64,000 nucleotides of DNA from Kiritimatiellia bacterium (GTDB lineage Bacteria; Verrucomicrobiota; Kiritimatiellia; RFP12; UBA1067). The notes under the pieces were generated by a model that made no database searches, was not told the DNA's origin, and saw nothing but the letters and a program-made list of their open reading frames with translations. Positions 21,201 to 28,890 of this stretch are shown piece after piece; within the stretch, counting starts at the first letter, position 1, and each line of letters begins with the position of its first letter. The position numbers and the translations under genes are program-made. The stretch lies in the NCBI GenBank assembly GCA_017542055.1, contig JAFXXW010000010.1, positions 11,438-75,437 of the forward strand, given 5' to 3'.

Positions 21201-24200
21201 AGCAACGTTATCAAGCGGTGCATCAATGCCGGGCAGGTGGAAGGTTACCACCTCTTTACGGTCCGGTTCAGCACAACTAGCGGCGCATCGCTCCAGATCG
21301 ATGATGGCGTAATTTATTCGGATTCCACGTTCACCCAAGTTTCCGACAAGGGTTTCCAAGTCGGTTCGGTTCTAGGCGGATTGCCTGCTTCCTTCGATCG
21401 TGGCACCGGCTTTGTGGTCGTCAAGATGTTGGCGTTTGATACCGATTCCATTCCAGCATCGCAGTACCGGCAGCTCTGCGAGGAATATCCTGCTGTAACC
21501 AATCGCGTACTGGCGACAGTCGGCGAAACTGAGTATTACCGTCTTCAATATCTGCTGGACGATCTCTCATCCAATTCTCTCACTTTTACCGCAACCGATG
21601 AGATGGTTGTCGATGTTAACGGACAGACGATTTCTGCTGCGATATCTGGCGAGGAGTTCTCGTTGGCGGATAACGGCTTATTGGTTGCCGCTACCGGGGA
21701 AAACACCTATATTATTGGCCGCAAGGCCGAGAGCGCGGTGTTAAGGATTAGCGAGATTATGCCCAAGCCGACGGATGCGCAGAATCATGGTGCACTGGAG
21801 GGGATGGATGTGAACGGCCTTGAGAGCGGCTGGGTGGAGGTTGAGAACACATCGCCCGACAAGTGGGCCAACCTTGCCGACTACAAGTTCATACGTTCGA
21901 ACCGGGGCAAAAAGACGGGGCAGGCCGACTACGGCAACTTCCCGTCCGTATTGATCGCGCCGCATGGCAGGGCCATCTTCTATACGTCCGAACGCTACTC
22001 TAATAGTGCCGATATGTCCGTGAGCGCATGGGCGACACCGGACGAGGGCGGAGTCAAGCCGAAGATTTATACCGATCTCGGCAATATTCTCGTGTGGCCG
22101 GACAAGGTGAATCCCAAGAAGTCGCCGTTCGTGCGTCTCACCTACACGCCCAGCAATACGATTGTCGATACCGTAATCATTCCGAGCGACGTGCCGGAAG
22201 GGTATTCGATTATCGTTGGTGAGACAAAACCTGGAGAAGCCACCCAGCGTTGGCTCTGCCCCACCCCGACGAGAGGTACGGTAAATACCGATGCCGGTCT
22301 TGTGAAGATCGGTCCCAATGTCGGCCCGCTCTACGAACTTACTACCGGCAAGAAACACGACAGCGCAAGCGAATTTGCGCGTCCCGTGCCGACTGCCCAG
22401 CCGGGTGAGGACTACGAAATCGTTTTCTCGCTCAACCCGGTTATGAGCCCGACTGTCGCGGGCGGCTTCCGCGACGAAGATGCGATAGCGAGCATAACGC
22501 TTGTATATCGCACCGACCTCGATGACACTACGCTTGATTCAGTGCCGGTGAGATTGTCCACAGATGTCAACGACACCAAAGATTGGGGGCACACCTATAA
22601 GGCCTATATACCAGCCGATGCGCTTCCTGCTGCCGGGCATCTCGTTCAGTGGAAGTTCGAGATTACCGATGCAAGCGGCAATAACTGGACCTCGCCCAGC
22701 TTCAATAACAAGGATGATGGCTACGAGTGGTATGGTACGATAGTCGAGCCTGACCCAGAGACGCAGATGAGCGCGACGCTGCCGACTTGGCATATGTTCG
22801 CGGATAGCGAAAGCCTTGAGCAGATGGATGTGGATGCATCGGATCAAACGCTGGCGAACAACGCCCGCGTCGCAATCTACGACAGCTCGACGTCAAACTA
22901 CTACGACTATGTTCGAATCGACCTGCGCGGCAATACTTCGGCAAAATTCACGAAGAAAAGCCACGGCCTGAGATTCGCGAAGGCGCATCCCTTGACGATG
23001 ACGGATGTGGTGACTGGTGAGCAGATCGAGGAGATCCGCAAGACGTCGCTCATCAGCGAGTTCGCCGACCCGAGCTACATGCGCCAGATGATGGCGTTCT
23101 GGCTGTGGCGCAAGATGGGGAACCTTGTGCCGTTCGACTTCCCGGTGAGGTGCAACCTGAACGGCGAGTTCTATCAGCTCGCGTTCAACTCCGAGCGCTT
23201 CACCGACGAACTCATCGAGGATGTCTACGGACTCGACAAGTTCGGCTACGGCTACAAGAACGTGGGAACGCTAAAGAGCGGATCGGGAACGACGGCTGGC
23301 GGTATCGAAAAGAAGACTCCGGACGACGAGGACGAGTCGAATATCACGGTGCTCCAGAACGAGCTGCGCGCCAAGATTACGGCAGCACAAGATGTCTCTA
23401 GCTCGCCGGATGGTGGCGATAAGGGACTCAACAATGCCGACCTTACCAAGTTCGTGGTCCAGAAGTTCAATCTTCCCGCGTGGCTCAACTACCTCGCTTC
23501 GGCCCGCATCACTCAGGAGATGGACGATGTCTGGGCGAACGTCTGCGCCTACTACGACAATGCCGAGATGAAAGAGGGTGTTCGCGGCACTGGAACTTGG
23601 ATGCCGCTCGGCTATGATTTCAACCTTTCGTTCGGACAGTACTACTATAACGACATAAAGGATTACGGCAACAACCGCGAAGGCCTGATGTCGAATCAGG
23701 ATTGGTTCAAGTCTCATCCGTTCTATGGCGGCAACCGCGTCAAAGCATACCGCAACAGCAATATGGTTGGTGAGATGAACGGCAATGACGGGTTCGAGTC
23801 TGTCCTGCAATCCTCAAAGTTCCGCCGACTCTTCCTGCGCCGTTTGCGGACGCTGATGGATCAGGAACTGAAGGAACCGAGCACGGAAGAAGAAGATACG
23901 CCATTCATGGCCAAGATGCGCGAAATGGCCGATCTGATGCGCGCCGATGCCGCAGATGATACCAGCAAGTGGGGTAATGACACCTCTGACAACTCCATTG
24001 ACGTGTGGACTAAGCGTCCCGCTGATATGGATGCGGGTATCAACGATATCTGGGAACACTATGTCGTGCCGCGCCGCGAACACCTCTATGTGACGCACTC
24101 CGCAACCAACACGACCAAGACGATTGGCTACGGCTCCAACCTCAATGCCGGCATCCCCGAAGCGCAGAGTCCGATTGAGACGCTTGCCCCGAATATCTAC

Positions 24201-25502
24201 GTATCCAACCTCACGCCGCTTGATACGGAACAGGCGGAAGCGCTTGGCGTTGCCGGGCAGTTCTATGATACTAAGGTTATCGTGATCCGGAACGACAACG
24301 ACGAGGTTGTAGATATGAGCGGATGGCGGCTTGCGTTCTCGGTCGACTTCACGTTCCCCGCCGGCACCGTGTGCGATGCAAACGACTCTATCTACATCGT
24401 TGCCGACCGCCGCACCTACATCGAAGCGCATAACACGGAGCTGACCGACCAGGTGATCGTCGGCAACGCCACGTTCACGGGCGCCGGTCCCATCGCGCTT
24501 TATGATGCGGACGGCACGCTTGTCTATTCGGCAATCCCGCAGACGAATGAGCTCAAGTATCTGCGGCTTCATTCCTTCTACGGCAACACCCTTGATGGCG
24601 GCGACGCGGGCGAATGGTTCACGCTCACGAACATTTCCGATGCCGTCACGCTCGACTTGGCCGATGTCACGGTCTGCTTCCTGAAGCAGGGGGACGACCA
24701 CGATACGACTGGCCATTGCCATGTGACGCTGACGAACAAGAAAGGCAAGGGCGACGTAAAGCCGTTGAAGTCGTGGACAGCGCAGCAATTGGACTATTCC
24801 GACAAGGGCTGGTTGAAGATTCAGAACAACAAGCAGCAGATCACGATCTACGACAAGTACGGTTCGGTCTGCCAGTCGCTAATGGTGGAACAGAAAAAAT
24901 TCCCGCTGGCGTATGGCAATGGTGGCTATCTGGTATGTGATTCGACCGATGCAAGTGTTACAAAGAACTCTCAGTGGCATGCGGCGCTGTATGAACTTGC
25001 GAATGACGGCGAACTGAGCGAGCCGTTCTCCGCCGAAGACCAGGAGGTGGCAAACGAACTGGTCGCGACTGCAAAGCCTGTCTTGAGCGAGGAGGATATT
25101 GCCGCCGGACTTAACGAGCAGTTTTTGCAGTACTTGACGATAGTTGCAGAGCCAGTCGAGGGTTCGTCTGGGCAATACAAGGCGGTTGTGGACGTCAATC
25201 CTGCCACTGTCGAAAAGCCGGCAGTAGATACCTCGTCTGCAGAACCGATGGAAATCGAAGACGATACGGAAGACCCGGACAAGAAGCAGGTTAGCGTCTC
25301 CATCTCCAATGCCACTCCCGGTCTGTGGTATGGCTACGAAGTTTCCACCTCGCTCGGTGACGACCAGAACTTCCAAAACGATATCGGTTCGTTCAAGCGC
25401 GCCACTAGCGCTGCGCACAAGGTAACGGGGTCGCCTCGCGACAAGACCGAAACAAGCGCCTTCTTCCGGGTGAAGGTGCTTCCCGCCAAGCCGACCGAGT
25501 AA
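15273..25502 (+). CDS. giant secreted multidomain protein (3409 aa): 2x reprolysin-like metzincin, PATR beta-strand repeats, LamG-like domains, LTD-CotH-LTD
   Basis: - Signal peptide MKRLLLAVLLASAGLHTFA.
- HETGHNMGCGH (nt 16233-16265) with TVMAY Met-turn; HENAHTMGCGH (nt 19836-19868) with TIMAY.
- Chitobiase-C-like IYYTQDGTTPT and LYYTFDGTDPT.
- KKGGGTLVANKELKHSGVTKVDSGTIEVG (PATR-like).
- LamG-like TFVYVDGTLAY, GYKLYLDGTEV, ASLQIDDGVIY.
- LRISEIMPKP (lamin-tail-like).
- RIDLRGNTSAKFTKKSHGLRF (CotH).
- Uninterrupted 10.2-kb ORF. Confidence 0.9.
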   Translation: MKRLLLAVLLASAGLHTFAAEYAFDYRNPQAWAGKPSLAVGDQVALTLAEDLAFTLRIVSAPPPGIAGQSFIANVEGAGASAILKATKKGLRVTIDDFEHSKLYTATYRDGEVKVKIDDTSSSGPEECGTCGESLELPAIETTDTTPVTAKRKLLATSGDAFQMAAQKSVVDILVAFDQGAKAWAENVSNWGGQTDDSIEEFADYAVGKMNTVLANSQLDDKFCYRLVGVIEIDGTWTAINNALLLSMRAREGAFAKLSQLRDKYGADTITLLVNRTSGTTSGIGFEYDEKYQYPSSFDGMNYACNVCDSNTVYSRYTMSHETGHNMGCGHSNRQGDNSGPGRFSYSCGYHFTDTSNVKRHTVMAYEYAGDGDNDKHIAIPYFSAPGISPTEYGCALGVEGINDNRQTLQMTHADIASLREHVLPYDWDVKFLDNDGNEIPDGTYYPSSCNVTFAHSNPDAKIYYTQDGTTPTSDSSHCSPGDKITVYLYSPKTITACAVTNSVAISTRSITLKGGLTWSGDENGYGVWASNDSSKTPWSGEHFGGDPVVFPDLADIACATVMVQDAVSPESVWFRACDTGYVFDKGSNAAQINVPDTAFAPAGDVTFNVPVKLEDAVAFTNQTGTALTFNAPFGQTIDSNGGSFAGKVNIGSYGTLTVAPGAGKTQTLEKLNNDNWYYATSTFRVGEGTVVFNGTINGGNGVTGRTKLEVGNGGSLIFNQGGGTGYDMDNTSLTVEKGGTVTFNDMELLKRTLYLNGGTIYVNRFDLMSNPGIYVTDDSAIEDNTEGYIYLRGSDSEINVSDGKTLIFGIRTDNRTDTAGNGIVKKGGGTLVANKELKHSGVTKVDSGTIEVGYSSGSTVYGQGWTVASNSTLRVKSGCSLKVPSLTLDPTSIISLPAATSAPLVVNGNVDLTEVKLSIQDIGDLSLGASYPLISATGEISGLKDFIRQDWPRPADGLGWKVAVLDGVLTASIVDIADADPYIDFTTNISGLRPTIPEDATMSSAGGLQIGSSPIVIDGLTTNAVGVTLDVTIGEPTAAERTICSWVVDGNIARCVVTNGVLDCFHGTDGHVKNDVDFLTLSPGRHVINVGYKSLNDTTYGGTFVYVDGTLAYRAAGLRWSDKSVSKFTVGATAADTPDKQPYTGLVVHNFALMNESSSDPLPNMTSSGGTVEYDYFAGKPPCVFALTPDGAFETYGAILSGAFSGQYDALSVSIVASFPANATGTIVSSAVLDGYYGYSTQVEYRGNGVLAFRDNGNGSLIASVQVSADMSTEHLYTLTYTNGTGYKLYLDGTEVLSNEDHYKGNNMPIINRVVFGCGYWTNWMTSYNDNPNPISNLKVYASHIALGTDDRTVSETPVKEATGYDSEEPDPEPPATPAVVDVLVAYDNGAYNYVTSRSRTLEEFAQTQIERMNKVLVTNKLDRFYSYRLVGVCRVNEGYSDINNVATLVAEGEGPCASLRAAREMCGADTVTLLVNTSGSTLGNSLQIDYRDDVPGQHDCAYSVCSIAWVDSNEQYTMLHENAHTMGCGHARAQYTEDDLAQDPDKYSYGYYFTDENSVNRHTIMAYGNNASPYFSTTSSEFGYKLGDSTNNNARVLKETCADVSRWRDNVKPLGDVVAATDEDGNEVFSGRLFKDTLKVTITAPVENATLYYTFDGTDPTLSNYFSTQPSPFTFNFNVTSNLKVAYYDGDKLSPVRTVKVTKCDNIPGEGVWQTSLKFPWAVEGDTIRSYNHTDYSAKNKNCTTPLSATIEGPKVLSFKHKSYFFGSDLGSNYSHFEVLLDDSIVLSANNYNLEWSDDVKVSIPAGKHTVQFVYLQRNAMNDSSDYKDGDPKANDAVWLKDIVLSDPEEPESADPCDTFFEWTPGSAPTGWFTEWGGEDQGGTHNVVAPDGSMQDLYVTYYDGDSNSQKWIPWESNANPESLDNYTFMVYGNIDDVNPSTGKLAVLWDMGFNGKQNTILAKDAAGNVKLIQANSNVIKRCINAGQVEGYHLFTVRFSTTSGASLQIDDGVIYSDSTFTQVSDKGFQVGSVLGGLPASFDRGTGFVVVKMLAFDTDSIPASQYRQLCEEYPAVTNRVLATVGETEYYRLQYLLDDLSSNSLTFTATDEMVVDVNGQTISAAISGEEFSLADNGLLVAATGENTYIIGRKAESAVLRISEIMPKPTDAQNHGALEGMDVNGLESGWVEVENTSPDKWANLADYKFIRSNRGKKTGQADYGNFPSVLIAPHGRAIFYTSERYSNSADMSVSAWATPDEGGVKPKIYTDLGNILVWPDKVNPKKSPFVRLTYTPSNTIVDTVIIPSDVPEGYSIIVGETKPGEATQRWLCPTPTRGTVNTDAGLVKIGPNVGPLYELTTGKKHDSASEFARPVPTAQPGEDYEIVFSLNPVMSPTVAGGFRDEDAIASITLVYRTDLDDTTLDSVPVRLSTDVNDTKDWGHTYKAYIPADALPAAGHLVQWKFEITDASGNNWTSPSFNNKDDGYEWYGTIVEPDPETQMSATLPTWHMFADSESLEQMDVDASDQTLANNARVAIYDSSTSNYYDYVRIDLRGNTSAKFTKKSHGLRFAKAHPLTMTDVVTGEQIEEIRKTSLISEFADPSYMRQMMAFWLWRKMGNLVPFDFPVRCNLNGEFYQLAFNSERFTDELIEDVYGLDKFGYGYKNVGTLKSGSGTTAGGIEKKTPDDEDESNITVLQNELRAKITAAQDVSSSPDGGDKGLNNADLTKFVVQKFNLPAWLNYLASARITQEMDDVWANVCAYYDNAEMKEGVRGTGTWMPLGYDFNLSFGQYYYNDIKDYGNNREGLMSNQDWFKSHPFYGGNRVKAYRNSNMVGEMNGNDGFESVLQSSKFRRLFLRRLRTLMDQELKEPSTEEEDTPFMAKMREMADLMRADAADDTSKWGNDTSDNSIDVWTKRPADMDAGINDIWEHYVVPRREHLYVTHSATNTTKTIGYGSNLNAGIPEAQSPIETLAPNIYVSNLTPLDTEQAEALGVAGQFYDTKVIVIRNDNDEVVDMSGWRLAFSVDFTFPAGTVCDANDSIYIVADRRTYIEAHNTELTDQVIVGNATFTGAGPIALYDADGTLVYSAIPQTNELKYLRLHSFYGNTLDGGDAGEWFTLTNISDAVTLDLADVTVCFLKQGDDHDTTGHCHVTLTNKKGKGDVKPLKSWTAQQLDYSDKGWLKIQNNKQQITIYDKYGSVCQSLMVEQKKFPLAYGNGGYLVCDSTDASVTKNSQWHAALYELANDGELSEPFSAEDQEVANELVATAKPVLSEEDIAAGLNEQFLQYLTIVAEPVEGSSGQYKAVVDVNPATVEKPAVDTSSAEPMEIEDDTEDPDKKQVSVSISNATPGLWYGYEVSTSLGDDQNFQNDIGSFKRATSAAHKVTGSPRDKTETSAFFRVKVLPAKPTE

Positions 25503-25518
25503 TCGAACGGGAAACGAT

Positions 25519-26337
25519 ATGGAACGCATACTGCAACTGATCCGGGATACGAGCTCGAGTCTGAGCGAGGACGTAGTCAAGGCGCTCAAAAAGTCGTATA
25601 GACGCGAGGCCGAGGGCACGCCCGGAAAGGTGGTCCTCAAGACTATCTTGGACAACATCAAGCTCGCGGCCAAGCAGGGTTCCCCGATGTGCCAGGACAC
25701 GGGCACCTTGACCTTCTTCGTGGACGAGAGTCTGCGCCGCAAAGTGACTCCCGCCAAGATCAAATCTGCCGTCAAGGAGGCGACCAAACTCGGCTTTCTC
25801 CGCAAGAACACGCTCGAGGCCGTAAGCGGCAAGAGCTTCGACGACAACGTGTGCGAGGGGGCTCCCGTAATCCATTATTGCGAGAACCGAAATGACGAAG
25901 ACCAGGCGCAGGTGACGCTCCTTATGAAGGGGGGCGGGAGCGAGAATATGAGCCGGCAATACTCCCTCCCGGATGCGGACCTCAATGCGGGACGCGACTG
26001 GGAAGGCGTCAAAAAGTGCGTCCTCGATGCCGTCTACCGGGCACAGGGCTATGGCTGCGCGCCGGGCATTTTGGGCGTATGCGTGGGGGGAGACCGGGCC
26101 ACCGGCTACGAAACGGCCAAGGAACAGCTCCTGCGGAGCCTCGACGAAAAGCCGTCCCAGCTGGAGGCGGAACTTCTAACCCAAGCGAACGAGCTTAAAA
26201 TCGGTCCGATGGGCCTCGGTGGCGCCACCACGCTCCTAGGAGTGAAGGTGGCGGAGCGACCCCGGGTCCCCGCGAGCTTTTTCGTGACGGTTGCCTACAT
26301 GTGCTGGGCGGCGAGGAGAAGGAGCGTTGCGCTATGA
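25519..26337 (+). CDS. class I (Fe-S) fumarate/tartrate hydro-lyase, alpha subunit
   Basis: SPMCQDTGTLTFFV and KGGGSENMS motifs of Fe-S type hydro-lyases. Confidence 0.87.
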   Translation: MERILQLIRDTSSSLSEDVVKALKKSYRREAEGTPGKVVLKTILDNIKLAAKQGSPMCQDTGTLTFFVDESLRRKVTPAKIKSAVKEATKLGFLRKNTLEAVSGKSFDDNVCEGAPVIHYCENRNDEDQAQVTLLMKGGGSENMSRQYSLPDADLNAGRDWEGVKKCVLDAVYRAQGYGCAPGILGVCVGGDRATGYETAKEQLLRSLDEKPSQLEAELLTQANELKIGPMGLGGATTLLGVKVAERPRVPASFFVTVAYMCWAARRRSVAL

Positions 26338-26906
26338 AGGAACTTAAGTATCCCTTTGGCGCAGAGGCGGTGCGGAGTCTCCAGGCGGGCGAGACGGTCC
26401 GGATTTCCGGCAAGGTGTTTACGGGCCGGGACAAGTTCCACAAGTTTTTCGCCGATGGCGGCAAGCTCCCGGTCGATTTCCGGGATGGCGCCCTCTATCA
26501 TTGCGGACCGGTGATCGTGAAGGACGGCGCCAATTGGAAGGTGATGGCGGCAGGTCCCACCACTTCGGTACGCGAAAATCCCTACGAGCCGGACTTTATC
26601 CGCCAAAGCGGCGTGCGCCTCATCATCGGCAAGGGCGGAATGGACGAATCTACGCAAAAGGCCATGCAGGAATGCGGCTGCGTGTACGTTCAGGCGGTTG
26701 GCGGAGCGGCAGCCGTGAGCGCCTCTACCGTCAAGCGCGTTTCCGGGGTGTACATGCTCCAAGAATTTGGCGCGGCCGAAGCGGTGTGGGAATTCGAGCT
26801 TGACGGCTTTACCGGAGTGGTGGCGATGGACGCCCAAGGGCGCAATCTTTTTGCCGAAGTGGCCCAAAAGTCGCGCCAGGCATTGGAGGCGATGAATGGA
26901 CGCTGA
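26334..26906 (+). CDS. class I fumarate/tartrate hydro-lyase, beta subunit
   Basis: MKELKYPF...ISGKVFTGRDKFHKF...RLIIGKGGM. ATGA overlap with the alpha subunit. Confidence 0.87.
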   Translation: MKELKYPFGAEAVRSLQAGETVRISGKVFTGRDKFHKFFADGGKLPVDFRDGALYHCGPVIVKDGANWKVMAAGPTTSVRENPYEPDFIRQSGVRLIIGKGGMDESTQKAMQECGCVYVQAVGGAAAVSASTVKRVSGVYMLQEFGAAEAVWEFELDGFTGVVAMDAQGRNLFAEVAQKSRQALEAMNGR

Positions 26907-28890
26907 TCCGCTTGCGCTCATGCGGCAACTCGTAGACCGCCTGAACGAGGCGGCCGACGCCTACTATAACGGCAGGGGCGAGCTCATGACCGACTTCGAG
27001 TGGGACGCCATGTTCGACCAAGTGAAGGCGCTCGAGGCGTCAACCGGCATCGTCCTCCCCGATTCGCCCACCCAGAAAGTTTCGGCCGACAACGCGCAGG
27101 GACAGAAGGAGTCGCACGAATTTCCCGCGCTCAGTCTCGCCAAGACCAAACAGCCGCTCGACATCGTCAAGTGGGCGGAGGGTCGTCCCGTCTGGCTCAG
27201 CTGGAAACTGGACGGCCTCACCCTCGTCGTCACCTATGATGGCGGGAAACTAAGTAAAGTGGTCACGCGGGGCGACGGGCACGTGGGAACCAACATCACC
27301 CAACTCGCACCCGGCATCGGGGGTCTCCCCAAAACGATTGCGGAAACGGGTCACCTGGTGGTGCGCGGCGAGGCAGTCATCGCCTATCGCGACTTTGCGG
27401 AATTCGTGGCCGAGTCGCAAGAGGACTACGCCAATCCGCGCAATCTCGCGAGCGGATCGTTGACGCTCAAGGACGTGAACGAACTTAAAGCCCGCAAGCT
27501 CGTCTGGAAGCCGTTTTCGCTTGTCTATAGCGAGAACGGGCTTGGGGCAGGCAGTTGGGGCGGGGCGCTCGACGCTTTGGACGCGCTTGGCTTTAATTGC
27601 GTGGAGCGCGAACTCGTCCGCGAGCCGGATCTCGCCCACCTCGAGGCCGCCATCGACCGTTGGACGCACAAGGTGACGGACAAGATCTGCCCTTATCCGG
27701 TCGACGGGCTCGTCATCACCTACGACGATGCCGCCTACGCCAAAACGGGCTCGGTGACCGGCCATCACGCCACGCGCGAAGGTCTGGCGTTCAAGTGGCA
27801 GGACGAAGCCGCCCGGACCAAGCTCGACCATATCGAATGGTCTTGCGCGGTAGGGTCTATTTCGCCGGTTGCCGTATTCGAGCCCGTCGAGCTGGAAGGT
27901 ACCACCGTCAAGCGCGCCAATCTCTGCAATATTTCCGAGTGCGAACGGCTCGGGATGGGCGGCAAGGGTACGGAAATAAGCGTAATCAAGGCCAACAAGA
28001 TCATCCCCAAAGTGATCGCGGTAGAACGGCGCGAAGGGGAATTGACCATCCCGGACGCCTGTCCCGTCTGCGGAGGGAGTACGCGCATCGAAGTCTCGGA
28101 CTCGGGCACGCGCAAACTCGTCTGCACCAATCCGGGCTGCGCCGCCAAAGCGCTCCGGAAGTTCATGCGGTTCGTGGGCAAGGAGGGCATGGACATTGAC
28201 GGCCTTGCCGGCGAAACGATTGCCCGGTTCGTGCGCGAGGGGTTCATCCGCACTGCGGGAGACATCTATCGTCTGCCGGAACATCGGGACGAAATCGCGG
28301 CGATGGAAGGCTTTGGCGCCAAGTCGGCCGACAATCTGGTGCAGGCGATCTCTGCCGCCCAAAAGGACCGCAAGCCGGAGCAGTTTCTGGTGGCGCTCTC
28401 GATTCCCCTCGTGGGGGTGGAGGTGGCGAAGCTCCTCTTGAACGAATGTCCCGATTTGAAGCAACTCTTCGAAATGGCGTCGGCCAGTCCCGATCCGGAG
28501 ATGTTCGTTTCGGTGGACGGCATCGGCGCGGCCAAGTCGGCTGCGTTCGTGGCGTGGTGCCGCGATCCCGTCAACATGGAGCTCGTCGAGGACGTGATGG
28601 CGCAGGTGGAGTTTCTGCCGTTCAAGCCCAAGGCCGTTTCCGGCCGGTGTGCGGGGCTCACCTTTGTCATCACGGGCGACCTGGAGGCGGAGGGTCGGTT
28701 CAAAACCCGGAGCGTCCTTAAGGCTTATATCGAAAGCGAGGGCGGCAAGGTGACGGGTTCGGTGACCAAGGCGACCGATTATCTCATCAACAACGACGTC
28801 GCTTCCACTAGCGGCAAAAACAAGAAAGCCAAGGAACTGGGCATCGAAATCATTTCCGAGGCGGTTTTCGTGGAGCGGTTTGCGGTATGA
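26896..28890 (+). CDS. ligA: NAD-dependent DNA ligase
   Basis: Adenylation motif SWKLDGLT, TRGDGHVG, NPRNLASGSL, Zn finger CPVCGGS...CTNPGC, C-terminal BRCT (GLTFVITGDL). Confidence 0.92.
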   Translation: MDADPLALMRQLVDRLNEAADAYYNGRGELMTDFEWDAMFDQVKALEASTGIVLPDSPTQKVSADNAQGQKESHEFPALSLAKTKQPLDIVKWAEGRPVWLSWKLDGLTLVVTYDGGKLSKVVTRGDGHVGTNITQLAPGIGGLPKTIAETGHLVVRGEAVIAYRDFAEFVAESQEDYANPRNLASGSLTLKDVNELKARKLVWKPFSLVYSENGLGAGSWGGALDALDALGFNCVERELVREPDLAHLEAAIDRWTHKVTDKICPYPVDGLVITYDDAAYAKTGSVTGHHATREGLAFKWQDEAARTKLDHIEWSCAVGSISPVAVFEPVELEGTTVKRANLCNISECERLGMGGKGTEISVIKANKIIPKVIAVERREGELTIPDACPVCGGSTRIEVSDSGTRKLVCTNPGCAAKALRKFMRFVGKEGMDIDGLAGETIARFVREGFIRTAGDIYRLPEHRDEIAAMEGFGAKSADNLVQAISAAQKDRKPEQFLVALSIPLVGVEVAKLLLNECPDLKQLFEMASASPDPEMFVSVDGIGAAKSAAFVAWCRDPVNMELVEDVMAQVEFLPFKPKAVSGRCAGLTFVITGDLEAEGRFKTRSVLKAYIESEGGKVTGSVTKATDYLINNDVASTSGKNKKAKELGIEIISEAVFVERFAV

